From positions 1 through 41,343 of IMG/VR virus record IMGVR_UViG_3300021354_000013: DNA of 41,343 nucleotides, one strand, 5' to 3'. The notes beneath the pieces were generated by a model. That model worked only from the letters and a program-made list of their open reading frames with translations. It was not told the DNA's origin and ran no database searches. The translations under genes and the position numbers were made by a program. Shown here in pieces: positions 27,044 to 37,500 of this stretch. Each line of letters opens with the position of its first letter. The stretch's first letter is position 1. The stretch is from a virus (Duplodnaviria; Caudoviricetes).

Positions 27044-28048
27044 ATGGCTACTTTATCAACCGGCGCATTGACCCTTGCAGATTGGGCAAAGCGTTTAGAT
27101 CCAGACGGCAAGGTGCCAATTGTCGCCGAGCTATTATCTCAATCCAATGAAATCTTAGAAGACGCAGTTTTCCAAGAAGGTAACTTGCCAACTGGCCACC
27201 GCGTGGTGATCAGAACAGGCTTGCCTACTGCTTACTGGCGATCAATCAACCAAGGTATTCCAACCAGCAAATCAACCACTGCGCAAGTGGATGAGTCTGT
27301 AGGTATGCTAGAAGCGTATGCAAGAATCGATAAGGACCTTGCAGAATTGAACGGCAACACAGCGGCGTTCAGATTGTCTGAAGACACTGCGTTCTTGGAA
27401 GCGATGAACCAAGCGCAAGCGTCGACCATTTTGTACGGCAACCCAACAACCGATCCTCGTCAGTATCTAGGTCTTGCGCCACGTTTTGGCACGATCTCAG
27501 GTGCAGGTAACGCGGCCAACATCATTGATGCAGGCGGTACGGGTTCTGTTAATACGTCAATCTACTTAGTGCTTTGGGGAGAAAACACTGTTTTCTGCAC
27601 ATTCCCTAAAGGTTCTAAAGCCGGCTTGATCCACGAAGATCAAGGCATCTTGACCGTTTACGATTCAAGCAACAACCCTTACCAAGCGTATCAAACACAC
27701 TACCAATGGAAAAACGGCTTAGTCGTTAAAGATTGGCGTTATGTGGTGCGTATTGCTAACATCGATACGACTAACTTGGTGGCTGAATCTTCAGCGGCTG
27801 ACTTGGTGAAATTGATGTCAAGAGCGCTCGATCGTATTCCTAACTTTGGCATGGGCCGTGCAGCGTTCTACATGAACCGTACAGTCTACTCAATGCTACG
27901 CATCCAAGCGTTGAACAAATCACAAAACGCGATTGATGTGGCACAAGGCTTGAACCAATTCGGTACACCACAAAGCTGGACACAGTTTGAGGGCGTGCCT
28001 TTACGTCGTGTTGATCAGATCCTCAACACTGAATCACGCGTGGTCTAA
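27044..28048 (+). CDS. Major capsid protein (BPP-1 Bbp17 / epsilon15 gp7-like)
   Basis: AGGAG RBS; TLADWAKR.D, ELLSQSNEILED, RTGLP, DWRYVVRIANID, F.GVP.R.VD.ILNTE. Confidence 0.93.
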   Translation: MATLSTGALTLADWAKRLDPDGKVPIVAELLSQSNEILEDAVFQEGNLPTGHRVVIRTGLPTAYWRSINQGIPTSKSTTAQVDESVGMLEAYARIDKDLAELNGNTAAFRLSEDTAFLEAMNQAQASTILYGNPTTDPRQYLGLAPRFGTISGAGNAANIIDAGGTGSVNTSIYLVLWGENTVFCTFPKGSKAGLIHEDQGILTVYDSSNNPYQAYQTHYQWKNGLVVKDWRYVVRIANIDTTNLVAESSAADLVKLMSRALDRIPNFGMGRAAFYMNRTVYSMLRIQALNKSQNAIDVAQGLNQFGTPQSWTQFEGVPLRRVDQILNTESRVV

Positions 28049-28059
28049 GGAGACATAAC

Positions 28060-28563
28060 ATGATTACTGATGCTTTTTTAGCCCTAGCGGGTTCTATTTC
28101 GGGCAATACGGTGACACCTGCCAGCGTGTTTGGCGCAGGCACTACCATCGTATCGGGCTCTTTTACTGGCGGTAACGTCATCGACACAGCTTCACCAGGC
28201 AACCCAAGCGGCAACGTCAGGGATATAGGTGAAGGTGGTGAGCTTTACTTGCGCGTGCAAGTGGCCACAGCCGCTGCTGGCGGTACATCGATGCAATTTA
28301 ACGTCGTTGCGGCGGATGATGCCGCCATCACTACTAACGTGGCATTGATTGGTACTACCGGCGCAATCCCTGTTGCATCATTGACAGCGGGCGCACGTTT
28401 TGCGGCAGAATTAAATCCGCGTATCGCAAGCAAAGGCCAACGCTATGTGGGCTTGCAAGTGGTAAACGTGGGTACTACCACTGCCGGCGCAATCTATGCA
28501 GATCTAGGTGATGCAATCCAAGACGGCCAAAAGTTCTATCCATCTGGCTTCACTATTAAATAG
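28060..28563 (+). CDS. Capsid cement protein (Bbp16-like)
   Basis: MITDAFL, NVID, RDIGEG, QRY.GL, YPSGF; position after the capsid gene. Confidence 0.8.
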   Translation: MITDAFLALAGSISGNTVTPASVFGAGTTIVSGSFTGGNVIDTASPGNPSGNVRDIGEGGELYLRVQVATAAAGGTSMQFNVVAADDAAITTNVALIGTTGAIPVASLTAGARFAAELNPRIASKGQRYVGLQVVNVGTTTAGAIYADLGDAIQDGQKFYPSGFTIK

Positions 28564-28571
28564 GGGGCTTT

Positions 28572-28739
28572 ATGGCGCAATACAGAGTTTTAGAAAAGTC
28601 TTTTATCGATAACAACATTGTGGAAGAAGGCGCGGTCATCGAGTATGCCGGCGAGGCTTCTAACAATCTGGAATTGGTGGAAGAGCCGAAGGTCAAGGCC
28701 AAGAAAGATGCAGCACCTGCTGCGGACAGTTTGGTTTAA
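28572..28739 (+). CDS. Small virion-associated protein, 55 aa (not in ORF track)
   Basis: GGGGG RBS; MAQYRVLEKSFIDNNIVEEGAVIEYAGEASNNLELVEEPKVKAKKDAAPAADSLV. Confidence 0.75.
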   Translation: MAQYRVLEKSFIDNNIVEEGAVIEYAGEASNNLELVEEPKVKAKKDAAPAADSLV

Positions 28740-28761
28740 GCCGCCAGGTTAACCTAATACG

Positions 28762-28790
28762 ACGGGGGCTATATGCCCCCGTTTTTATTT
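28762..28790 (+). terminator. Intrinsic terminator after the capsid genes
   Basis: ACGGGGGC-TATAT-GCCCCCGT followed by TTTTATTT. Confidence 0.8.
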
Positions 28791-28802
28791 AAGGAGTTTT
28801 TA

Positions 28803-29456
28803 ATGGCTACCGAAGTTGATATCTGTAATTTAGCGCTTGCGCATCTGGGGGATACGGCGACCGTTGCCAGTATTGATCCTCCCGAAGGCTCTGCGCAAGC
28901 CGAACACTGCTCGCGGTTTTATCCGATTGCGCGCGACACCTTGCTTGAGATGCACCCATGGGGTTTTGCAACTAAGCGCGTACAGCTTGCCATGTTAGGT
29001 GAATCCTGGTCGGAATGGACCTACGCTTACGCCGTGCCGAATGATGCGGTCAACATCATTGCGATCGTGACCTCAGATGCGACCGATGACTACAGCGAAG
29101 CGATCCTCACCAATCCCAACATCCCCGCCGGAGGCGCGTATGTGCCGCAACCCTTCTCGTGCGAGATCCAAGACGACGGCACGCAAGTGATCCTGACTGA
29201 TCAAGAGAACGCGGTACTGCGCTACACGGCACTCGTATCAGATACAGGGACGTTTTCACCATTATTTGTGTCTACCTTGAGCTGGCACCTAGCATCACTG
29301 TTAGCCGGTCCGATCCTTAAAGGTGAAACCGGTGCGGCCGAAGCCAAGCGCTGTCTGCAAATGATGAATGTTTACTTGTCGCAAGCCATGGAGTCGGACG
29401 CATCTCAGCGCCGCATCAATCCCAACCAGCGCGTTGCTTGGATCAGTGGGAGATAG
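28803..29456 (+). CDS. Tail tubular protein A / adaptor
   Basis: AAGGAG RBS; EVDICNLAL.HLG, HPW.FATKR..LA, W.YAY..P, F.PLF. Confidence 0.88.
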   Translation: MATEVDICNLALAHLGDTATVASIDPPEGSAQAEHCSRFYPIARDTLLEMHPWGFATKRVQLAMLGESWSEWTYAYAVPNDAVNIIAIVTSDATDDYSEAILTNPNIPAGGAYVPQPFSCEIQDDGTQVILTDQENAVLRYTALVSDTGTFSPLFVSTLSWHLASLLAGPILKGETGAAEAKRCLQMMNVYLSQAMESDASQRRINPNQRVAWISGR

Positions 29457-29458
29457 GC

Positions 29459-31504
29459 ATGGCTAACACCCGCATTTTACAAAAGTCATTCTCAGGCGGC
29501 GAGATTAGTCCGGAGATGTTTGGTCGTATCGATGACACCAAGTATCAAGCTGGCCTTGCCATTTGCCGAAACTTTATCCCCAAACCCCAAGGCCCTATTC
29601 AGAATCGTCCAGGCTTTGGCTTTGTGCGCGAGGTTAAGGATTCAACTAAGAAGGTGCGGTTAATTCCGTTTACCTATTCGACCACACAGACCATGGTCAT
29701 CGAAGTGGGTGCAGGCTACTTTCGATTCCACACGCAAGGCGCGACCTTACTCTCAGGTGCCGTGCCTTATGAGATTGCTAACCCCTACGCAGAAGCCGAT
29801 CTTTTTGATCTGCACTATGTACAGTCTGCGGACGTGCTGACCATCGTGCATCCCAACTATGCGCCTAGTGAATTGCGCCGCGTCGCCGCGCTTAACTGGA
29901 CCCTGACCACTATTTCGTTTGCCGCGCCAATCGCCGCGCCCACTGCACCAACCGCAGTGCAAACCGGTACAGGCACGACGATATCCTATTCGTATGTGGT
30001 GACTACCATTAGCACGGACGGAGTGTCTGAGTCCGCGCAATCTACCGCAGCAACCGTGAGCGGTAATTTATTTACCACGGGCAATTACATCACGATTGCC
30101 TGGGCGGCGGTCACAGGTGCTGCTCGCTATAACGTCTATAAATTGCAAGGCGGATTGTATGGCTATATCGGGCAAACGTCGGGCACTTCGATCAAAGATG
30201 ACAACATTGCGCCGGACCTAAGTAAAACCCCGCCCATCTATGATGCGGTGTTTGCCGCTACCGGTGATTACCCTGGCGCGGTGTCCTACTTTGAGCAACG
30301 CCGATGCTTTGCCGGCACGTCCAACAAGCCACAAAACATCTGGATGACCAAATCAGGCACTGAATCGGTGATGAGCTACAGCTTACCGATCCGAGACGAT
30401 GATCGCATTGCGTTTAGAGTAGCGGCACGCGAGGCCAATACCATTCGGCATATCGTACCGCTAACGCAACTATTGCTTTTAACCAGCGCTGCGGAATGGC
30501 GCGTGTCACCTGTTAACAGTGATGCGATTACGCCGACCACCATTACCGTGAGGCCACAGTCTTATGTGGGTGCCAATAACGTGCAGCCGGCGGTAATCAA
30601 CAACACGCTCTTGTATGCCGCCGCGCGCGGTGGGCATATTCGAGAATGCGCGTATAACTGGCAGGCCAACGGCTTTATCAGCGGGGATTTATCCTTGCGC
30701 GCGCCGCACCTTTTTGACAATTACGATATTAGCGATATGGCGTATGCCAAAGCGCCGCTGCCGATTGTGTGGTTCATATCCACCACCGGCAAACTGCTTG
30801 GCCTGACCTATGTGCCAGAGCAACAGATTGGCGCCTGGCATTGGCACGATACCGATGGCACGTTTGAATCGTGCGCGGTCGTAGCGGAAGGCAATGAAGA
30901 TATTTTGTACTGCGTGATTAAGCGCACCATCAACGGCGCCGACGTGCGCTATGTAGAGCGGATGGCCACTCGTCAGTTTGTAGATCCCGCCGATGCGTTT
31001 TTTGTGGATGCGGGGTTAACGTACTCGGGCGCAGCGGCCACGACAATTAGCGGGCTTACCCACCTCGAGGGTAAAACCGTTAACGTGTTAGCCGATGGCG
31101 CGGTGCATCCACAATGTGTGGTGACGAGCGGCGCAATTACGCTAGAGCAAGCCGCCAGCAAGGTGCAGATCGGGTTACCGATTACGGCGGACGCAAAAAC
31201 CCTACCGGTTGCGGCTGGCATTGATAACGGCTTTGCCCAAGGGCGATACAAAAACGTCAACAAAGCCTGGCTGCGGGTGTTCCGGTCCTCGGGCATTTTT
31301 ATCGGCCCAGACGAATATAACTTGGTCGAAGCCAAACAGCGCACTACCGAATCCTACGGCTCACCCCCTGCGCTCAAAAGCGAAGAGATCCCAATCGTCT
31401 TGTCCCCTGCATGGGCAGATAGCGGTCAGGTCTTTGTCCGGCAATCGGATCCCCTACCGTTAACCCTGGCCAGCCTCACCCTGGAAGTATCCATCGGCAG
31501 TTGA
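29459..31504 (+). CDS. Tail tubular protein B / nozzle
   Basis: SFSGGEISP, NF...QG....RPG, RLIPF, YPGAVSYFEQR, Q.DPLPLT. Confidence 0.9.
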   Translation: MANTRILQKSFSGGEISPEMFGRIDDTKYQAGLAICRNFIPKPQGPIQNRPGFGFVREVKDSTKKVRLIPFTYSTTQTMVIEVGAGYFRFHTQGATLLSGAVPYEIANPYAEADLFDLHYVQSADVLTIVHPNYAPSELRRVAALNWTLTTISFAAPIAAPTAPTAVQTGTGTTISYSYVVTTISTDGVSESAQSTAATVSGNLFTTGNYITIAWAAVTGAARYNVYKLQGGLYGYIGQTSGTSIKDDNIAPDLSKTPPIYDAVFAATGDYPGAVSYFEQRRCFAGTSNKPQNIWMTKSGTESVMSYSLPIRDDDRIAFRVAAREANTIRHIVPLTQLLLLTSAAEWRVSPVNSDAITPTTITVRPQSYVGANNVQPAVINNTLLYAAARGGHIRECAYNWQANGFISGDLSLRAPHLFDNYDISDMAYAKAPLPIVWFISTTGKLLGLTYVPEQQIGAWHWHDTDGTFESCAVVAEGNEDILYCVIKRTINGADVRYVERMATRQFVDPADAFFVDAGLTYSGAAATTISGLTHLEGKTVNVLADGAVHPQCVVTSGAITLEQAASKVQIGLPITADAKTLPVAAGIDNGFAQGRYKNVNKAWLRVFRSSGIFIGPDEYNLVEAKQRTTESYGSPPALKSEEIPIVLSPAWADSGQVFVRQSDPLPLTLASLTLEVSIGS

Positions 31505-31535
31505 TGCACTTGATTAAAACCTGAAGGGTTATGGT
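31502..31535 (+). promoter_or_regulatory. Putative phage late promoter 4 (TGATGCACTT-N18-TATGGT)
   Basis: Same motif and spacing; upstream of the ejection-protein genes. Confidence 0.75.
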
Positions 31536-31564
31536 GAAGACCATTATCCTTCGGAGTTTTAAAC

Positions 31565-32140
31565 ATGGCTTATGGTGTAGTCAACTCGTCCTTCAAAGGG
31601 CTAGGCGGTGGCGGGGGAATGGGCGGTTTAGGCGCAGGCGTCATGGCGCTGCAAATTGGCGGGATGCTTTCATCCACAATCGGATCATTCTTTAGCGCTG
31701 AAACGCAGAAATACCAACTCAAAACCCAAGCAATCATTGCGGATACCAACGCGCGTATCGCAGAGCTAGGCGCGCAGTCTGCGCTCAATCAAGGCCAACA
31801 TGAGATTGGCAACCTCACGCTTAAAGCCGGCCAACTTAAAAGCACCCAACGCACTTCAATGGCAGCGAACGGAATCGACTTAGGTGAAGGTAACGCGGCG
31901 GAGGTCTTAGCCTCAACCGAAATCATGAAAGAGGTCGATAAGAACACCATCCAAGCTAACGCCGTGCGCAGCGCATGGGGCTATCGGATGCAAGGCACGA
32001 ATTTCCAGAACGAAGCATTAACCGCGCGCAATGCGTCCAGCGCAATTTCTCCCTGGATGGCGGGCGCTTCCACAATGCTTGGCAAAGCCACGGACGTGGC
32101 ATCGAGTTGGTACATGATGAATACCATGGGTGGTAATTAA
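31565..32140 (+). CDS. Internal virion (ejection) protein, T7 gp14-like position
   Basis: Gly-rich hydrophobic N-terminus, Q...MAANGIDL..G.A, NA.R.AWGY. Confidence 0.78.
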   Translation: MAYGVVNSSFKGLGGGGGMGGLGAGVMALQIGGMLSSTIGSFFSAETQKYQLKTQAIIADTNARIAELGAQSALNQGQHEIGNLTLKAGQLKSTQRTSMAANGIDLGEGNAAEVLASTEIMKEVDKNTIQANAVRSAWGYRMQGTNFQNEALTARNASSAISPWMAGASTMLGKATDVASSWYMMNTMGGN

Positions 32141-32141
32141 A

Positions 32142-34565
32142 ATGCCTAGAGTCCCAACATACGACAGTTTTCAGGCGACCCCTAACACCTTACCGCAATC
32201 GTTTGCCAAAGCCCCTGATGTTTTAGTCGATCCAGGGCAGACCGGTAAAGTCATGGGCGAAGCGCTTACCCATGCGGGCAATACCTTTGGCAAGATCGTG
32301 CAAGACATGAACGAGACCGCCAATCAATTACGATTAGATGATGCGGCCAACCAGCTTCGAGAAGGCGCGCGTAAATTACAGTTTGATAAAGACGTCGGTT
32401 ACACCAACCTCAAAGGCAAGAGCGCGCTTGACCGGCCAGATGGCTTGTCCCTTTCAGATGAGTATGGCGGAAAACTACAAGAGCATTCGGATCAAATTGC
32501 CGCGTCTTTGGGGAATGACCAACAGCGACAAGCATTTGCGCATTTCTCTGGCGGGTTTGTACAAGGCTTTAAGAGCAATGTATCCGCGCACGAGGTGAAA
32601 GAATTTACCGATTACGGATTGTCTGTATCGGACGGAATACAAAAAGGCGCTATCGATGATATCGGCTTAAATTGGAACAATCCGGCTGCGGTCAACGATG
32701 CGGTGTCACGCATCCAGGCAGAGACCTACCGGCAAGCACAACTCTTAGGCAAGTCGGCCGAATGGCAAGACGCGCAAGCCAAAACTATGACCAGCCTAGC
32801 GCACAAGACGGCGCTGATGACGGCGCTGGATAACAACGATCCTTCCTACGCAGATAGCTATCTCAAGCGCTACGCCTCACAAATGCACGCGGACGATATT
32901 CTTACTGTAAAGGGCCATATCACCAAAGAGATGGACAACCGCATCGGGATGACCGCGTCGGCCGAAGTGATCCAAAAAATTCAACCACAGATCCAAGTGG
33001 GGGACGGGGAACGGGCCTTTAATATTCTACTAGACGCGGAAACCGGCAATAAACAATTTGCTGGCAAGTTTTACGGATTACGCCCAGACGGCACCCCAAA
33101 AGGTTCTGGGTATTTCGGCGAGCTTAAACGCCCTGATGGTGGCGTGATGACCGAGTTTAGCGTAGGTGTGAACATCAAAGGAAAGGAGATGGATATTCCG
33201 ACGCTGGTTCCTACGCTTACCCAAAAAGAAAAAGACATCATCTTGAATATTAAAGACGGTGAAAACCTGCCGGATTCAATCATTCAAAAAGCCGTAGATC
33301 ATGCAAACAAGCGCATCGATCAAGGGAAGTCTGTTTGGGCGGATACCCCACAACCCATTACTAGCGTTAAGGGTGCCGTAGGTGCTGCCCAAGTGATGCC
33401 GCCCACTGGACCGGAAGCGGCCGAGCTTGCGGGGTTGCCTTGGGATGAGAATCGATTTAAATACAACAAGGGCTATAACAAAGCCTTGGGCTTGGCGTAT
33501 TTCCAAAAGCAATTACAAGATAACAGTGGGGATTTGGCCAAAGCCTATGCCGCGTATAACGCAGGACCTGGCGCTTTAAAAGAAGCCACCAAAAAAGCCG
33601 ACAAAGAAGGCGGCGACTGGCTGTCTTACCTACCCAAAGAGACACAGGATTATGTAGCCGGCAACATGAAAGCATATGGCTCAGGTGAAGGTAAACCCCC
33701 GCGCGCCACCTTTGAAGAAATAGACGCGCAGCTGCGGGCGGATCCGCGTATTGCCGGCAATCCAGATCGATACAAGATTGCCAGGGCGGATGCTAAGCAA
33801 CGCTTTGAAGAGCAAACGCAAGCAATCAAACAGCGCGATGATGACGCGCTGGCAACCGCGCTTAAAGGTGTTGAACAAAACGGTGGGCGCTTTAGCGACC
33901 TACCGCCAAGCGTACGCGCAGCGGTACCGGTCGATAAGCGCGACGCCGTCATCAACTACGCGCAGAAAGTGGCTAAGGGGGATGACACCACCAGTCCTTG
34001 GCTCTACTCCAAGATGTCTAACGACCCCATGAAAGATCCTTACACTGGTGAAACCATGTCGGATAGCGCGTTCTACCGCTATCGTCCTGAGTTATCCGAT
34101 GCGGATTTTCGTAAGTTTACCGACGAGCGCAATAAGCGCTCTGGTAAGACAGCGGGCAGCGGTGGTCCTGGGGATCTAAATAGCGCGGCGATTAAGCAGA
34201 ACCTAGATACCAATCTCTGGAATTTAGGTATCAAACCTAATCCTAAAAGCGATTCGGACAACGAGCGCGTGGGTGCTATCCGTAAATTTGTAGATGACTA
34301 TTTTATCGCGGCGCAACGTGAAGCCGGTAAGAAATTTACCGATGCTGAAGTAGCAACACACCTAAACAATCTCTTTGCAAAAAACGAAACCTTTAAGCGT
34401 TTTTGGTCAAGCGATACCAAAGGACCGTTACTCTCAATGAAGATTGGCGACATCCCGCCTGGGGATAAAACCGCGATCAAAGAGTCTTTCAAAAAACAAG
34501 GTGTCAGCGATCCGACCAATGCCCAAGTCCTCAATGCCTTCTTTATGACCAAGGTTACTAAATGA
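32142..34565 (+). CDS. Internal virion protein with soluble lytic transglycosylase domain
   Basis: MPRVPTYD start; ETG...KGAVGAAQVMP.T, AYAAYNAGPG, LPKETQDYV. Confidence 0.88.
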   Translation: MPRVPTYDSFQATPNTLPQSFAKAPDVLVDPGQTGKVMGEALTHAGNTFGKIVQDMNETANQLRLDDAANQLREGARKLQFDKDVGYTNLKGKSALDRPDGLSLSDEYGGKLQEHSDQIAASLGNDQQRQAFAHFSGGFVQGFKSNVSAHEVKEFTDYGLSVSDGIQKGAIDDIGLNWNNPAAVNDAVSRIQAETYRQAQLLGKSAEWQDAQAKTMTSLAHKTALMTALDNNDPSYADSYLKRYASQMHADDILTVKGHITKEMDNRIGMTASAEVIQKIQPQIQVGDGERAFNILLDAETGNKQFAGKFYGLRPDGTPKGSGYFGELKRPDGGVMTEFSVGVNIKGKEMDIPTLVPTLTQKEKDIILNIKDGENLPDSIIQKAVDHANKRIDQGKSVWADTPQPITSVKGAVGAAQVMPPTGPEAAELAGLPWDENRFKYNKGYNKALGLAYFQKQLQDNSGDLAKAYAAYNAGPGALKEATKKADKEGGDWLSYLPKETQDYVAGNMKAYGSGEGKPPRATFEEIDAQLRADPRIAGNPDRYKIARADAKQRFEEQTQAIKQRDDDALATALKGVEQNGGRFSDLPPSVRAAVPVDKRDAVINYAQKVAKGDDTTSPWLYSKMSNDPMKDPYTGETMSDSAFYRYRPELSDADFRKFTDERNKRSGKTAGSGGPGDLNSAAIKQNLDTNLWNLGIKPNPKSDSDNERVGAIRKFVDDYFIAAQREAGKKFTDAEVATHLNNLFAKNETFKRFWSSDTKGPLLSMKIGDIPPGDKTAIKESFKKQGVSDPTNAQVLNAFFMTKVTK

Positions 34566-37500
34566 GCAGTGAATTTGATTCAGCCGTAACAAACGTAATT
34601 AATAACGAAACCCCTGCACCAGATAAAGCGCAAGCTGCGCGAGAAGGCTATGTGGGTGCTGTCGACACCAATCCAGATGTTTATGCGGAGATGCAACGCG
34701 TGGCGCGTCGAGTAGGCGTGCCTACCAATGTAGCGATGGATATGCCTCAAGAAGTTAAGAAGCAAGCGAGCATCGGCTCAATTAATTTTGACACACTTGC
34801 GCAAACCAATCCCGCTACTGCTTCATTGTTAGCGGACACCGACAAAGCCAAAGTCGCGCATGATGATGTGCCTAATCTACAAGCGACCGAGCGCACCTTT
34901 ATCGAAAGCGCAATAGAACCAATTCAGCGAGGCTATGCGCAAGGACGCGCGGGGCTATCGTTGATGCTGCACTCAATGGGGCTTTTCAAAGGCCTGGATG
35001 CGCAGCGCAAAGCAGCGGCTGAAGCCAACGGAATCCCTTACGATCCGACGGTGGAAACGTCGAACATGATGGCGCAAAGACAGCGCGAAATTGAAAAGTA
35101 TCCAATCCCAGAAGACATTCAAAGAGGCATGGACGAGATCAGCAAAGCGCCGGATTTTTCGTCTGCGTTTGAAAGTGCGCTTTACAACAAGCGTGCCGTA
35201 TTAGAAACCACACTGCAATCGATTGGCACCAGTTTTCCGGCGCTGGCAACAACCGCCGGCGGATCTGTCTTTGGTCCACTAGGCACTGCGACCGGTGCCG
35301 GCATGGGCAGTTTTGCGGTGGAATACGGCAGCACCATGCAAGACGTGTTAGCCGACAAGGGCATGAATCCCACCAACGCGATGGATATACACCGCGTATT
35401 AAACGATCCTACCATCATGGATGCGGCGCGGGACAAAGCGCTTAAGCGCGGGATTCCGGTTGCAATCTTTGACGCCCTTACCGCGGGGGTAGCCGGCAAA
35501 CTGTTAGCCGGTGCTAAAGCTAACCCAACAAGCGTGGCAAGTCGTGTTGGCGGCGAGCTGGCGGTACAGGCGACCGGAGGCGCAGCGGGTGAAGCGGCAG
35601 CGCAAGCGGTTACCGGCGAATATAAACCAGGTGATATTTTGCTTGAAGCATTAGCCGAATTACCTACCGGATTGGTGGAGATTCCAGGCAATTACAAAGA
35701 CGCATTAGCCAAAGCGCAGCGCTCAGAAGATAACGCGCGATTTGTTGAAACCATAAACAATCTTTCCGAAGCGAGCAAAGTTTTACAACGCGATCCAGAA
35801 ACATTTGAGGCGTTTGTTAATCACGCCGCCGAAGATGGACCTGTAGAAAAAGTATTTATTGATGCTAACGCGTTGATGCAATCGGGTGTTGCTGATCAAA
35901 TCGCAGCAGTGTCTCCCTCGGTTGCCGAACAGTTACCTTTAGCGCAAAGCACAGGCGGGCAGATTGCCATTCCTGTTGGGGAATACGCTTCTAAAATTGC
36001 ACCCACTGAGTACGCACAAGCGTTAGTCGATCATCTTAAAACAAGCCCTGAAGAATTTAGCCGCGCTGAAGCGGCAGACTTCATGCAAAACCACCAGGAA
36101 GAATTACAAAAAGAGATCGAAAGATCACTGGGCAATTCACAATTGAGCGACGAGTTTAAACAATCCACTTCACGCTTAAAGGAGAAATTCCAAACGGAGT
36201 TAGACGCGCTTGGCCACCATACTCCCGATGTCAACAAAGCGTATTCCACCTTGTTGGGGGATTTCTTTGCGGTCAACGCGGCCAAGATGGGCATGTCACC
36301 TGAAGAATTGCACAATCAGTACGCGGTCCGCTTTGCCTCAGACTTACAGCAAGGCTATGACCAAAGCCGTGTGGATATGCATTTCAAAGACGTGACCAAA
36401 AGAATTGAAGGGTTAACGATTGCTGCTAATCAGTTGAAAGAAGGCAAGATTACACGGGAAGACTACGACAGATTAGTTAACGAATTAAAACCAGTAACAC
36501 CATATGCCGAGACCCCTACACCATCTTCTCTTGAGGATATGCAAACATCTTTAACATCGGATAAGGTTCCTAAGATAGGGGAAGCGGCAAGAACTTTAAA
36601 AACAGGAGATGCGGTAGGTTTGCGTTTAGACATCCCAGCATATCGAGATCATGGCGTATGGGTTGTGTCTATTCATGGCGCACGAGCATCAGATAAAAGT
36701 GGAATGGCGGGTAAAGCCACGGGGTACGACAGTGTTGCTTCTGTTACTGATGCTCGATTTGGAATAAATGAAAACGCAGGACTTAACATCGCGGCGGGTA
36801 AATCTAAAGCAACTATAGCCACCGTGGAAGGAAAATGGAAACCAATAACACCGGAAGAAGCGCATGCTAGAGTGACAGAGGCTTTGACTGATCCAGCGTG
36901 GACCCAGGTGGGAATGGATCCAGAACGACACAGCTATTTTTACGATAGAACAACAATGGAGCCCGTCGTTAGCGCGGATGAGGTTATTCAAATCGGCCCG
37001 TTGGTTATGGCGAAGAATCCTGTTTACGCGCCCAAAAATCATTTTTTATACCAAAGCAGAAACCTACAAACAGATACTCCAGCGTTTAAGAATTGGTTCG
37101 GTCAATCTAAAGTGGTGGATGCCGAGGGTAAACCTTTGGTGGTTTATCACGGTACAGAAGCAGATTTTGATACATTTGACCTTAACAAGATGGGCCTTAA
37201 TGGCTTGGCGATCGGCCCTGGATTCTACTTTGTAAATTCTAAATTAGTTGCCAGCGGGTATGGGGATAAATCCCTTGCTGTGTATTTGAAAGCGAATAAC
37301 CCAACTCTAAGTGTTACAAAGAAAACCATTACCAAAGCACAAGTAACAAAGATCATTGAAGACATGGAAAAGGAAGATGAGTATTTTCTTTCCAACTATG
37401 GTGATATTGAATACGAAGGACGTCGTGCTGTTTTAAACGCCGCGCTTGACGATATTTACACGCAATCTAAACACGATGCTGAAATAATAGGTTCGCTAAT

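Noticed and set aside
33060-33350. Intein in the transglycosylase
   Set aside because: No Cys/Ser at the start, no His-Asn at the end, and no splicing motifs.
36978-37235. Other overprinted + strand ORFs in the giant gene (36210, 36978, 38544)
   Set aside because: No convincing RBS, composition typical of shifted-frame shadows, and they overlap constrained domains of the main frame.
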